Source: Macrostomum hystrix (lineage: Eukaryota > Animalia > Platyhelminthes). Taken from it: a stretch of DNA of 64,000 nucleotides. The notes under the pieces were generated by a model, which worked only from the letters and a program-made list of their open reading frames with translations, searched no databases and was not told the origin of the DNA. Position numbers and translations under genes: made by a program. Location: the NCBI GenBank assembly GCA_950097015.1, contig CATNEN010000033.1:2294001-2358000 (forward strand), given 5' to 3'. This document shows, in pieces, positions 45,889-57,173 of this stretch. Position 1 is the stretch's first letter. Each line of letters starts with the position of its first letter.

Positions 45889-46744
45889 CTAGCTATCAAA
45901 GCTTGTCGCGATTAATAGACTGTACTATCTTACTCCAAAAATACAAATACGAAAACAAATCTGCATATACGACCTGGCGAGACGGCGCGGCAAGGCCTTG
46001 GCCGCATTTTGATCTTTGGTGCTGTTCTCTGAAGCCCTGTCGGACAGGGCCAGGTACCAGCTGTTCCGGTTCGGTCGTTGACACCACCCTGATGTACAAT
46101 GCTGAGAACACTGAGCCCATTTTGTCCACTTCAACTAGCATTTGCCCGGTCTTGTCAGTCCTGCGGGGCTCAGCCCTCCCCTTTTACGCCTGCGCTGATT
46201 GGCTGGATTAGCTGTCACCCTTGCCCTGCTTTTCTGCCCCGCCAGGCCCACCCCTTGTGGTTGTACTCATTTAAAGCCTTTCTGTGATTTGAACGCACAT
46301 TTTTCGATTGCCACAGGATATTCTGTAATAGCCTTTGTTTACTCTGATCTGATAGGATTCTGATCTGATCTGATCTGATATGAAAGCTTGTTGAGGCAGG
46401 CACTCCAGTTGCTGCGATTAAAATTTAGCACCTATATTTTATTTTTGCAAAGGGAACTCTTCCGATTGGTTGAAGGGATAGTAAGGCAAGCTCGACCAGA
46501 TAGTGTGCGCTGCTATATAATTAAACTTCGCTAAAGAAGTTAACTATATTTTATAATGACAAAAACTTATTTTTAATTTACTCACTGAGCCTCATTGCGT
46601 ATTGTTTTAGATGAGCGCAAAGCTTAGAATACCCACGGAATATTCTTGGAGTTGCCGCGAAATTTCCTCGAAGGCTTACAAATTCTCGCCGAATACGAGT
46701 AGCTGAAAAGCATTCTTTGTAGGCAAAAGTGACTGCTGAGAGCC

Positions 46745-47611
46745 ATGACAGTCCTATCTGTGATGTCTGCCGCTTGGATCCTAGTCGGCCTGTTCAGCCT
46801 CATCGATCCAATCGCTTCGAAGCCGGTCTGCGAGCCTGGCTTCAGATTCGACGGGTTCATTCACCAATGCGTGAAGGATCGAACGTCAGGAGTTTTAGAC
46901 GCTGCACCGACAGCGATTCCAACTGATGTCCGTCCTACGCAGCAGCACACCGCAGCTTCGTCGCCTCAGACTTCAACTCGGCCCGCTGGTGGGGATTCCG
47001 GCTTCAGTTTTGGACAGTGGGAGTGGCTGACTATGGTGATCCTTCTGATCGCTCTGGTGCTGCTTCTTATCGGTGTCCTCGCCTGGAGCATTCAGAATCG
47101 CCGTCTAGTCTGTAAGGACGCAGTTCGAGGCTGCTTTCGGCGACTAGCGAGTGCGGAAAGGGACGCGGTTGACTGGGGCGGCGACGGCGAAGGCCGCGGC
47201 GACGGCGAAGGCCGCAGCGACGGCGAAGGCCGCGGTGACGACGAAGGCCGCGGCGATGGCGAAGGCGAAGGCCGCGGCGACGGCGAAGGCCGTGGCGAAG
47301 GCGAAGGCCGCGGCGACGGCGAAGGCCATGGCGAAGGCGAAGGCCGCGGCGACGGCGAAGGCCGCGGTGACGGCGAAGGCCGCGGTGACGATGGCGACGG
47401 CGAAAGCTGCGGCGAAGGTGAAGATGCTGAAATCGAAAATGAAGTCAACTCGCGAGCCCGCCGGAGCCAACCTTTGCCAGCAGTTCCAAGTCACGAGTCG
47501 ATTCCGCTGCTCTCAGGAGCAGAGGAACTTGCTAGCGGCGCTGTCGCTGATATTCTTGAAGCTCGGGAAGGCCTTGACGATGCCACTTATACAGCTTTGT
47601 CTACAGTGTAA
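46745..47611 (+). CDS. Receptor-like gene F: signal peptide, 2-Cys hairpin, TM, GEGRGD-repeat tail ending YTALSTV (288 aa)
   Basis: Contains CEPGFRFDGFIHQC and TM WLTMVILLIALVLLLIGVLAWSI. The tail motif PLPAVP...PLL is shared with gene E. Confidence 0.78.
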   Translation: MTVLSVMSAAWILVGLFSLIDPIASKPVCEPGFRFDGFIHQCVKDRTSGVLDAAPTAIPTDVRPTQQHTAASSPQTSTRPAGGDSGFSFGQWEWLTMVILLIALVLLLIGVLAWSIQNRRLVCKDAVRGCFRRLASAERDAVDWGGDGEGRGDGEGRSDGEGRGDDEGRGDGEGEGRGDGEGRGEGEGRGDGEGHGEGEGRGDGEGRGDGEGRGDDGDGESCGEGEDAEIENEVNSRARRSQPLPAVPSHESIPLLSGAEELASGAVADILEAREGLDDATYTALSTV

Positions 47612-48111
47612 TCTTATGCTTGCTCTTATATCTTATCGTATCATTGTTCTCTCTACGAATAATTTTTATTAAGTTTATAGTTGGAAACATGCTATACCGT
47701 TTTTTTAGTTAAATTCTTCAAACCAACCAACTGGTCGATTTTGAGTAATTGGCATTAAAGTTATTTAGTTGCCATTCGTATGTGCGTAATTAGCTTTTTA
47801 TGACCTCCAAAGTCAATCAGCGAGTCAGTGGAAGCAGCACCAACATGAACAGCAGCAGTAACACTGCGACCTAGCCAGCATGCACGTCGAACATTCGAGT
47901 TATGTTATTGAAGAGTTCTATAACTTTAATAACAGATAAAAGTTTGCAACAACCAACGGTACAGTTCAAACTTTACCCTCAAATTTTTGCAATAAACATT
48001 TGAAAGATTTTGACAAATAGATTGCTCAGAATGCGGCAGCAGAAAGCCAGAATTAAAAACGCAGGTTTGAGCACAGGTAAGAAGAAGCAAATGATCTGAG
48101 CTCTCTCGCGT

Positions 48112-51100
48112 CTATTCCCGACCTTCTTCAGACAGAAATTTGCCTAAACAGTTGGCCAGAAGGCAGCTGGACGGTCCTTCAGCTGCTTCACCGGCCTCGG
48201 CGACCAGAGCATCACGCAGCATCGCCAGGCCGTCCGTTCGCTCGTATGGATGGCGGCCTCTGTCCTGGTCGACACCATCGACGGCGCCGACTATGCGGAA
48301 TCGCAGCAGGCCGGCCGAGCTGGGTCCCGGCGGACGCATCGCCTCGAGCAAACGAATGAGGCGCAGTGCGTCACCTCCGACAGGTCGCCAGCGCTCGTCC
48401 CGCTCTGTCAAGCGGCGCCCGGACCATCTGGCTGCGGGACCGGCAGAAGCTTGCAGCACGCCTACGACGCTGCGACTTGTTGAGCAGAAGCTGAGCGTGG
48501 CTACAATGCCGCCGCCCGCCAAGTCCGTCAGTCGGAAGCCGACGCCAGCGAGCTCCTCGGCTGGCACCGTCCAGACTGCGTCGACTGGGCAGGCGGCTTC
48601 ATCGACGAGGGGCTTTGGCAAGGGCATCAACGGCGGCGACCGCGGACATCGACAAAGGCTTCAGTGGACGGCCGTCACAAGGAGAAGCTGTGAGCTGCCA
48701 CAGGCGGAGCAGGTTGACGATGTGCAGACAGTCGGGGCAGCTGATCAGCAGGAAGCTGTGCCGAAGTGTCAGCTTCATCAGGCTGGCTAGCGACATGTCG
48801 ATGTCTTGGAGAGCGCCAACAGCGGAGGCTGATGCGGTTGCGCCGGACATTGTCGCCAGGGCGAGGGTGCAGGACCCGAGGAACTCGCGCCGATCGGGCA
48901 GCAGGGCCCGAACCAGAGCCGACACCAGCCAGGCAAAGCAGGCTTCGATTGGGTCGCTGATGGCCGAGGGCAGCCCGACTTCGTAGGCCTGAGAGTCGGA
49001 CACGAAGCCGCAGTTCAGGTAGACACTTCGGCTGCGGTTCAGGGCCGGCCAGGTGGCGAGGGCGCAGGCAGCCAAGAGAGCCTCCGGACCGCGCGCCCGC
49101 CGCTGCACGAGGTCGGTGGCGAGCTGGGTGAGCAGGTCCAGCTGCATCCAGTTATCCGCCTTGCTCAACATGCTGGCCTGCAGTTCGAGTCAGAGATGGC
49201 AGGTTGGGTGAATGTGCTGGTGTCAACATTCCAACAGATGCTTAGCGATTCCTGCTGCGCAACTCCAAGCCCTGGGCCCTCACTCACCCGGTCGTCGATC
49301 ATTCGCGCCGACTTGTCGGTCACGAGCTGCGCCTCGGCCAGCCGAGCGGAGTCCCTGGCGAGCTGCCAGGCATGCTCAGCCAGCTGCAGGACGCCCCGAG
49401 TGAAGCGCGTCGCACCGGAGACCGCCGATCTCGCAGCCGCCGGTGAATATCCGCTGATAGCGACGCAATGACCGCGTAGCTGAGCGATCAGCATCGCCAG
49501 CGAGAGAGCGGCCATCTCCGGAATGGCGGACTCCACCGTTTCGACGTCAACCAGGCAGATGTTGAAGGCTTGACGAGAGACCGTCGCCTCAGTGTCCCCG
49601 CTGCCAGTCAGACGGTGGCAGCCTGCTCTGGCGGCCACCGCAGCCAAGACGGTTTCGTCACCGGAGTGGGCCATTGGCAGCTCCATGTAGGACCAGGCCG
49701 CCGGCTGGGACCCCTTGCTGTCGGCCGAAGATTCAAAGCTCAGGTGCTGCAGGCAGTCGCGCAGTTCAGCAAAGGCGGAATCCACGGATTCAACCAGCAG
49801 CTTGGCGCTCAGACAATCGCGACGGGCCAGACGGCCGAGTGGCGACACAGAAGGACGGAGCAGCAACAGCGGCAGCTTCGACGAGGCACTACCGCCGATT
49901 CGGTTCAGCTGGCTGCTCAGCCAGCAGCGCACCGTAGCTGCCTGCCTTGGCAAGTCGCGTCGCAGCTCCAACGGCGGCGGCACCGGCGTGGACATCTCTC
50001 GCTGCTGATTGAGGTCGCTGGCCAGCGGGAAGCTGCGCCTCATCAGCAGCGGCAGCTGGGCGCAGTGGCTCACGAAGGCCATTCGCTCTCGGCAGACGCC
50101 GCTGTCACCACGCCTGCCGACCCAGTCGAGCAGCTGGTCGCACTGTCGCGATCCAGCAACCCGGCCGAACTCGTCCGCGCCCGTCCGTAGCGGCCGGAGT
50201 CCGGAGCGCAACCTGCAGACTCGGGTGGCGAGAGTCAGGCTGCAGCAGGCTCCTGTTAGTTCGTCCTTCTCCACGCCGCTGAACACGAAGCCCTGCATCA
50301 CGGGGTGCAGCCAGCGGTCGAGCTCCGTGTCCAGCAGGTTGCCGATGTCCGGTATGACGAACCAGTTCCACAGGTACTCCTGTGCCGATGCCAGCACCCT
50401 GTTGGATTAATAAAATGCAGAAGGGCTGTGGGCAATGGCACGATATTTAGTGACACTAGACCCGCTGCCAGTGAGGAGGAAATTCGATAGCTCCTGAGCA
50501 CACGCGCACTTTTCATCATCAGGCAGTGTGCAATCTCCCTGCCTGCTTTGGAGGTTGGCCCTCAAGGGCGTAAAGTGCACAACAAGCCCTCAAGCTTTCT
50601 CTCCGTGGCTGCGCCTCAAATGAATGTGGCCTCGCCGCGGAATCGAGCTCAGGGACCATGGTGTGTTGGACCACTCGCACCTATCACCGTCATCAATAGT
50701 TAGCACCTCCACAGAATGTGCAGGGGCCCGATTAAATAATGGCCAAAAAAATCACCGTAGCGGACGGTTCTGCTCGTTGTGAGCAGCCGACGCTGCGGGC
50801 TCCTGAAGCAGCGGCCAGGTGACGTCGCCGCTGGCGGAATAGTACAGCTGCGCCCTGCTGCCGCAGCAGGCTAGATGGCGGCACTCGATTTCGAGGTGCT
50901 GGCAGTCAGCGCCTTCCTCGGCCCACACGCCGGCCAGAAAGAATTTCAGGTGGCTCTCAAAGTCGGCGTAGAACTGGCCGGAGCCGGCGGCGGCCTCCCA
51001 GATGTCGACGCCCGCCGGCGCCGCTGCTGGAGGAGGCACGGTGTCCAGCTGGCCGCGGGTCATCGGCCGGTAACACGTGATCGGCACCAGCTGCAGGCCG

Positions 51101-52188
51101 GTGATCGCCCTGATGGAGTGGCCGGAGCCGGTGTGGCCGACATGCTCGCTCTTTGACGCCAGGATCAGCTTCCACGGACAGCCGGGCAACCGGGGCTCGA
51201 ATCTGCCCAGGTAGGCGTCAAACTCGGCGGCGTGGGTGGCGCGCACGGGGCGCGGGAGAGCGGACTTTGGAAGCAGCGACAGCCGGCCCGTGGACTTGCA
51301 GCAGGCCAGGCTGTTGGGTGCGTCTCGGTCGCTAGGCAACGAGTGCGACAAAAAATGCGCATGTTTCCACATTCATTTGATGCCTTGGCAACACGCTTTC
51401 CAAGCCCATTTGTAGCCCATTGGGTCGGTGCACAGCGGTTAACTCGTTTGCCTCTCGCGCCTATATCCCTGAGCTCGATTCCGCGGCGAGGCAACATTCA
51501 TTTGAGGCGCAGCCACGGAGAGAAGGCTTGGGGGCTTGTCGTGCTTGCCCTTGAGGCACAGTGAGAGTGTACACTGCCTGACGATAAGAAAGTCAGGGCA
51601 GATGTACACACCTGTGTGAGCGTGTGCCTGCGTACGGTATCTGTGTGCGTGTGTGCTCAGGAGTCAGCGAAATGATTGCCTCCTCGCTGACTGCGGTCTA
51701 GTGTCAATCAATGATTTCACCAAGCTGTAAAATGGGTACCAGCATTAGGTGAGCTAGACATTTTGGTAGGTGTTGCGGCCCCCACCCGGCCAGTCCATGG
51801 ACTAAACAGTTGTACACAGCCTTTGGAAAGCATCGCGCAATAGCTTTGCAAGACAAGCCCTCTGCACTAGCGTTCCTGAAATAAAGTTCGAGAAAGTGCA
51901 TTTAACCCACCGATAGTACATGTAGTAGTACTTGTCGCACTCGCACAAATACAGCAGCCTCCTATTTGTGAAATAAGCCACCTCGGGCTCCTCCAGGGAG
52001 GCCGGCACAACGCCGAGGTCGGCGGCGACGTCAGCTAGCCGGACTTCACGGCGAATTTCGGCGGCCGCCACTAGCGGCTGGCAGTGATAGTCGGCGAGGC
52101 CCTCGACGCAGCAGAACTCGGGCGCCTTGTAGAATTGCACGGGCCCCGAATCGCCCCCTCCGTCTTCGTATGTACGATGCGGCTTCAT
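48112..52188 (-). CDS. Unrecognised spliced gene, ~1002 aa if one base at 48609-48612 is removed; 5' end uncertain
   Basis: Exons 52188-51911, 51310-50756, 50398-49288 and 49177-48112 have GT-AG boundaries and matching phases (2, 2, 0). Their total is 3010 nt = 3009+1, and codons are GC3-rich throughout. Confidence 0.65.
50423..50655 (+). repeat. Dispersed element, copy 2 (intronic)
   Basis: Same blocks in the same order as copy 1; lies in intron 50755-50399 of the minus-strand gene. Confidence 0.75.
51465..51715 (-). repeat. Dispersed element, copy 3 (inverted, intronic)
   Basis: Reverse complement of copy 2 (CCCTGAGCTCGATTCCGCGGCGAGG...GTGTGCTCAGGAG); lies in intron 51910-51311. Confidence 0.75.
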
Positions 52189-52387
52189 CGAAGCTTTTGA
52201 CTTCTTGATTTTTATGCAAATCACCAACGGGCAGCCTTACCGTTGCTTCAGGACTTCTTGAGTTATAGATGCATCGAGACTACTGTCACAGACTATCACA
52301 GCTGTTCTGGCGGCTGCCAGGGCTATTTTTAGAAATCCACGCATCTTCCAAGGGTCTATGGCATTAAGTGACCTCAAAAATTCTCAA

Positions 52388-54200
52388 TTCTATGTAATAT
52401 TTCTGACTGCAGCTTCTGCTACGATTCCTGGGATATTTCTGGCTGCGTCTCCTGCTACGATTCCTGTGATATTTCTGGCTGCGTCTCCTGCTACGATTCC
52501 TGTGATATTTCTGACTGCGTCTCCTGCTACGATTCCTGGGATATTTCTGACTGCGTCTCCTGCTACGATTCCTGGGATATTTCTGACTGCGTCTCCTGCT
52601 ACGATTCCTGGGATATTTCTGACTGCGTCTCCTGCTACGATTCCTGTGATATTTCTGGCTGCAGCTTCTGCTACGGTTCCTGGGATATTTCTGGCTGCAG
52701 CTTCTGCTACGATTCCTGGGATATTTCTGGCTGCAGCTTCTGCTACGATTCCTGTGAAATTTCTGACTGCGTCTCCTGCTACGATTCCTGTGATATTTCT
52801 GACTGCGTCTCCTGCTACGATTCCTGTGATATTTCTGACTGCGTCTCCTGCTACGATTCCTGTGATATTTCTGGCTGCAGCTTCTGCTACGATTCCTGTG
52901 ATATTTCTGGCTGCAGCTTCTGCTACGATTCCTGTGAAATTTCTGACTGCGTCTCCTGCTACGATTCCTGTGATATTTCTGACTGCGTCTCCTGCTACGA
53001 TTCCTGTGATATTTCTGACTGCAGCTTCTGCTACGGTTCCTGGGATATTTCTGGCTGCAGCTTCTGCTACGATTCCTGGGATATTTCTGGCTGCAGCTTC
53101 TGCTACGGTTCCTGGGATATTTCTGGCTGCAGCTTCTGCTACGATTCCTGTGATATTTCTGGCTGCAGCTTCTGCTACGATTCCTGTGATATTTCTGGCT
53201 GCGTCTCCTGCTACGATTCCTGTGATATTTCTGGCTGCGTCTCCTGCTACGATTCCTGTGATATTTCTGACTGCGTCTCCTGCTACGATTCCTGGGATAT
53301 TTCTGACTGCGTCTCCTGCTACGATTCCTGGGATATTTCTGACTGCGTCTCCTGCTACGATTCCTGGGATATTTCTGACTGCGTCTCCTGCTACGATTCC
53401 TGTGATATTTCTGGCTGCAGCTTCTGCTACGGTTCCTGGGATATTTCTGGCTGCAGCTTCTGCTACGATTCCTGGGATATTTCTGGCTGCAGCTTCTGCT
53501 ACGATTCCTGTGAAATTTCTGACTGCGTCTCCTGCTACGATTCCTGTGATATTTCTGACTGCGTCTCCTGCTACGATTCCTGTGATATTTCTGGCTGCGT
53601 CTCCTGCTACGATTCCTGTGATATTTCTGGCTGCAGCTTCTGCTACGATTCCTGTGATATTTCTGGCTGCAGCTTCTGCTACGATTCCTGTGAAATTTCT
53701 GACTGCGTCTCCTGCTACGATTCCTGTGATATTTCTGACTGCGTCTCCTGCTACGATTCCTGTGATATTTCTGACTGCAGCTTCTGCTACGGTTCCTGGG
53801 ATATTTCTGGCTGCAGCTTCTGCTACGATTCCTGTGATATTTCTGGCTGCAGCTTCTGCTACGGTTCCTGGGATATTTCTGGCTGCAGCTTCTGCTACGA
53901 TTCCTGGGATATTTCTGGCTGCAGCTTCTGCTACGATTCCTGTGATATTTCTGACTGCAGCTTCTGCTACGGTTCCTGGGATATTTCTGGCTGCAGCTTC
54001 TGCTACGATTCCTGGGATATTTCTGGCTGCAGCTTCTGCTACGATTCCTGTGAAATTTCTGACTGCGTCTCCTGCTACGATTCCTGTGATATTTCTGGCT
54101 GCAGCTTCTGCTACGATTCCTGTGATATTTCTGGCTGCAGCTTCTGCTACGATTCCTGTGATATTTCTGGCTGCAGCTTCTGCTACGATTCCTGGGATAT
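52388..54200. repeat. 36-bp minisatellite, ~50 units, with block-level duplications
   Basis: Unit GATATTTCTGACTGCGTCTCCTGCTACGATTCCTGT and variants; stop-free in several frames. Confidence 0.93.
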
Positions 54201-57173
54201 GTCTGATCAGCAATTACGAGCACCTTGTAGGCATGGTAATTGCTACTACTTGCTACTACTTACTAGCTATTGCTTCTACTACTACTTAGTAGTAAGTGAC
54301 TGCTTTGTAAGTATAACAAAATTATAAGTGCGGCACCCATGCTTCTAACACGTTGTGAGAATTTATGTTAGACTCGTATTGTAGAAAAATTTCAATACGT
54401 ATTGAAGTGGGTGCGGGTTTTGCAATCCGATGACCTGTCCTCAAGAGAGAAAGGGAGTGTGGGGATGGCGATAGAGTTAGAAGTCGTACCGCAAAGCCTC
54501 GCGATTTATCGCGGGGAGAGGGATGAAGGGAGAGATGAAGGGAGAGACAGTGGATGCAGGGAGTGGTCCTCTCGGCCTCAGGCTGGCCAGTCCCACTCAA
54601 CCCATAGGCCACAGGCATGACTGCCGTGCCTACCCCAAGCAGTGCTCGAAACCGGCTAAAGTCTAAAGAGATATCGGACTACCCGCAAGCAGGTAGGACA
54701 GGGCTAGATAGCCTACTGTCATCAGTAGCATGTACATAACTGACTCCTAACAGTGGTAGCAGTGGTCGATTCGGCCCAGGCTCTTGTCTTAGAAATGCGG
54801 AAAGGCTATTGGCAAAGCGGAAAATGATCTAGGGTAGCGCCACCACCCAATGCGCCTACGTCGCCACCGCAGACATTTGGGAACTTGGGTCCCCGGAGTT
54901 CACAGCTCCTAGTTTGTCACACAGATCTCAGACAAGCCGAAAAATAGGGCATTCTGTAACTTCCGTTTTAGACTAGGGCGAAGACCCCAGAATGAATCGA
55001 GACACGCCTCAACAGGGGATTCCTGAAACTGCGCTACAGTGGTCTAGAAAGGTGGTACTCCGAACCCGAATGAGAAACCCATAGCCGGAATCCTACTCAG
55101 GAAACATCAGGCACATTCCTTACATTAGATTGCGGCCTACACATTAGGTAACTAACGAATCCGAAGCTGTGTGAGATGAGGAAATCAGAGGCAGGAGAGA
55201 TTAAGCAGAACACTGGCTGAGTGATTATGCAAGCGATAATTATTAGATCACGCCTCTCGCTCCCATGGCCGTAGTTACGAGGGCGGGGAATAGAAGGAGA
55301 CTTCAATTGACAAAGGAGTTTGACGCGCACACTGGAATCCGCCAGTGAGAGAGGAAAGCCGGCCAAGGAATTCCCCGCCCCGAAGCAGCAATGCACACGC
55401 TACGTTCCGCATTTTACTCGCAAATCCCTAGCTCCTTATTACTCTCATGCGCGCTCACAGTCGTCTTCCTGCCGCAGCTTTCAGCTCGGCATCACCAGAG
55501 CCCACCCCCTAATGAGTTAGCCACTCATGATCGAAGGCTGTCTAGCGATAAAATAAATAGAAGAGAATAGCATGATAAGGAAAGGTTTAGTTGTTATAAA
55601 ATTGGCCTAATTATTAAAAATGGCAGTCAATTAATAAATGGTTTATTAGGCTAAAATACCGCCCTTGCCCCGTTTGCCCCACTAGCTAATAATAAATCCC
55701 TTAGGGATAACAATTAGTGTCCGCTGCGCGGGTTACTTAGCTGATGCTGGCTGACTTTGCTGCAGGCCGTCGCTCTCGCAGGGATGGGCAAATAAAGGGG
55801 GACGAGGCACGGAGTTGCTAAACACAGCTGGCAAGGGGCCAGGCTGCAAGGAGCTCGATGCTCAATTGGAGCTCACCCAAGGAGGTGGCTCATGTTTACG
55901 GGATCTAACAGGTATTTACCTGTAGCTATGCTCTGAAGCTTTAGGCTCAGGGGCTAAATGCTAGGCTAGAAGGGGGAGAGTCCACGGACCGGGTTCCGGG
56001 ACCGGACAGGGGAAGTTTGCTCCAGGGAAGGTTCGGAGGGAAGGCTTGTGGAAGCCAGGGAAAAAGGTTGAAAGGGAGGTTCCTCCAAGGGCAGCGCAGC
56101 GCGCTTTCTTAAATAGTCCTGCAGCTCCGTCAACCCTGCATTCATCAAAGCAACCCACATGCTCGCCAGCCTGTCAGCGAGGAACCGGGTCGGCATTATG
56201 CCACCCCAATTGCCCACCGAAGCGGCGGCGAGAATCGCCAGATGCCCCACTAGGAGCGTCTGCCGGCAGTCGGCCAATGATTGTGATCCCGCCGGGATAT
56301 GGGAAGCGCAGGCGCCGACCTGCCTATAGTGTCGTTACATGTATCTAAAGGGGGAAAGGTCATAATCGAGCTTCGGCTCGGGTTACAGTAAAGAAAAGGG
56401 GACATGAAGAATTAATGCTCACTCTAGACGCATGAGTGATCCCTACAATCTGATCGCGGTTTGGAGGGGAATTATGACCTAAGCTAGTCCATACAGTATT
56501 GCTATGGCCGCGATCAGTCACTTCTACAGGAGACTAGACAGATCCGAGGCAAGGGGAATCGGCGGCTACTTAATTCACCTCCGCCCCAAGCCCGGCCCTA
56601 AGATTAATGATTGTGTTCTGCGGCCAGCTGCTATGTGGGTCGCGATTATTTGGCTACAAAAAATTGGAAAAATTCCGCTGGCTCACGTTCCCGCTCGATT
56701 CCCGCAGCACACTCCACATCAGTATTGAATATTTTTGCTTCTTATGTTTAAGAAAACGAAACAAATATTTTCCTTTGTAAGTAAAGTTGAGTTCAATCTC
56801 AACTAGGCAAAATTTATGCTTTCAAACAAAAAGTTTAGTTTTAAAATTAGTCTATTTTTCTCTGAAGGAAACTGTATAAATAATTGAGAAGAGCTAAATC
56901 ACATCAGGTTATGATTATGTCAAGGCTGAATGCGGACGTATTTTGTGCCCTGAAGAAAGCAGACTGTAAAATACTTTATGAGCTCAGAATATAATTTCTC
57001 TTGCACTAGGAATAGCTAAACAAATAGGTTGCACATTAAATATCAGGCATCATAATTAAAACATAATTTCCTAAAAAATGGCACTAGACAGATAAAACAG
57101 AGCTCTTTGCCGCTACTCACTGATCTAGTATGCGTTTGCCATCACAGTCTTGAGACTGGCCTCACTTCCTGAG

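Noticed and set aside
45896-46290. GC-rich patch with short ORFs between genes E and F
   Set aside because: No recognisable motif, signal peptide or Cys module; it cannot be called a seventh paralog or an element.
46452-46463. GGGAACTCTTCC as an NF-kB site upstream of gene F
   Set aside because: It does not fit the 10-bp GGGRNWYYCC consensus, and equivalent sites are not evident before the other five genes.
47168-47410. RGD repeats as integrin ligands
   Set aside because: They lie C-terminal to the TM of a predicted type I protein and so are cytoplasmic.
52358-54289. 600+ aa ORFs in three frames across the 36-bp array
   Set aside because: A unit length divisible by 3 with no stops gives ORFs on both strands. 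There is no non-repeat domain, so these are treated as satellite artefacts; translation is not formally excluded.
55702-55712. TAGGGATAACA, the first 11 nt of the I-SceI site
   Set aside because: The rest of the 18-bp site is absent and there is no vector sequence nearby, so this is a chance match.
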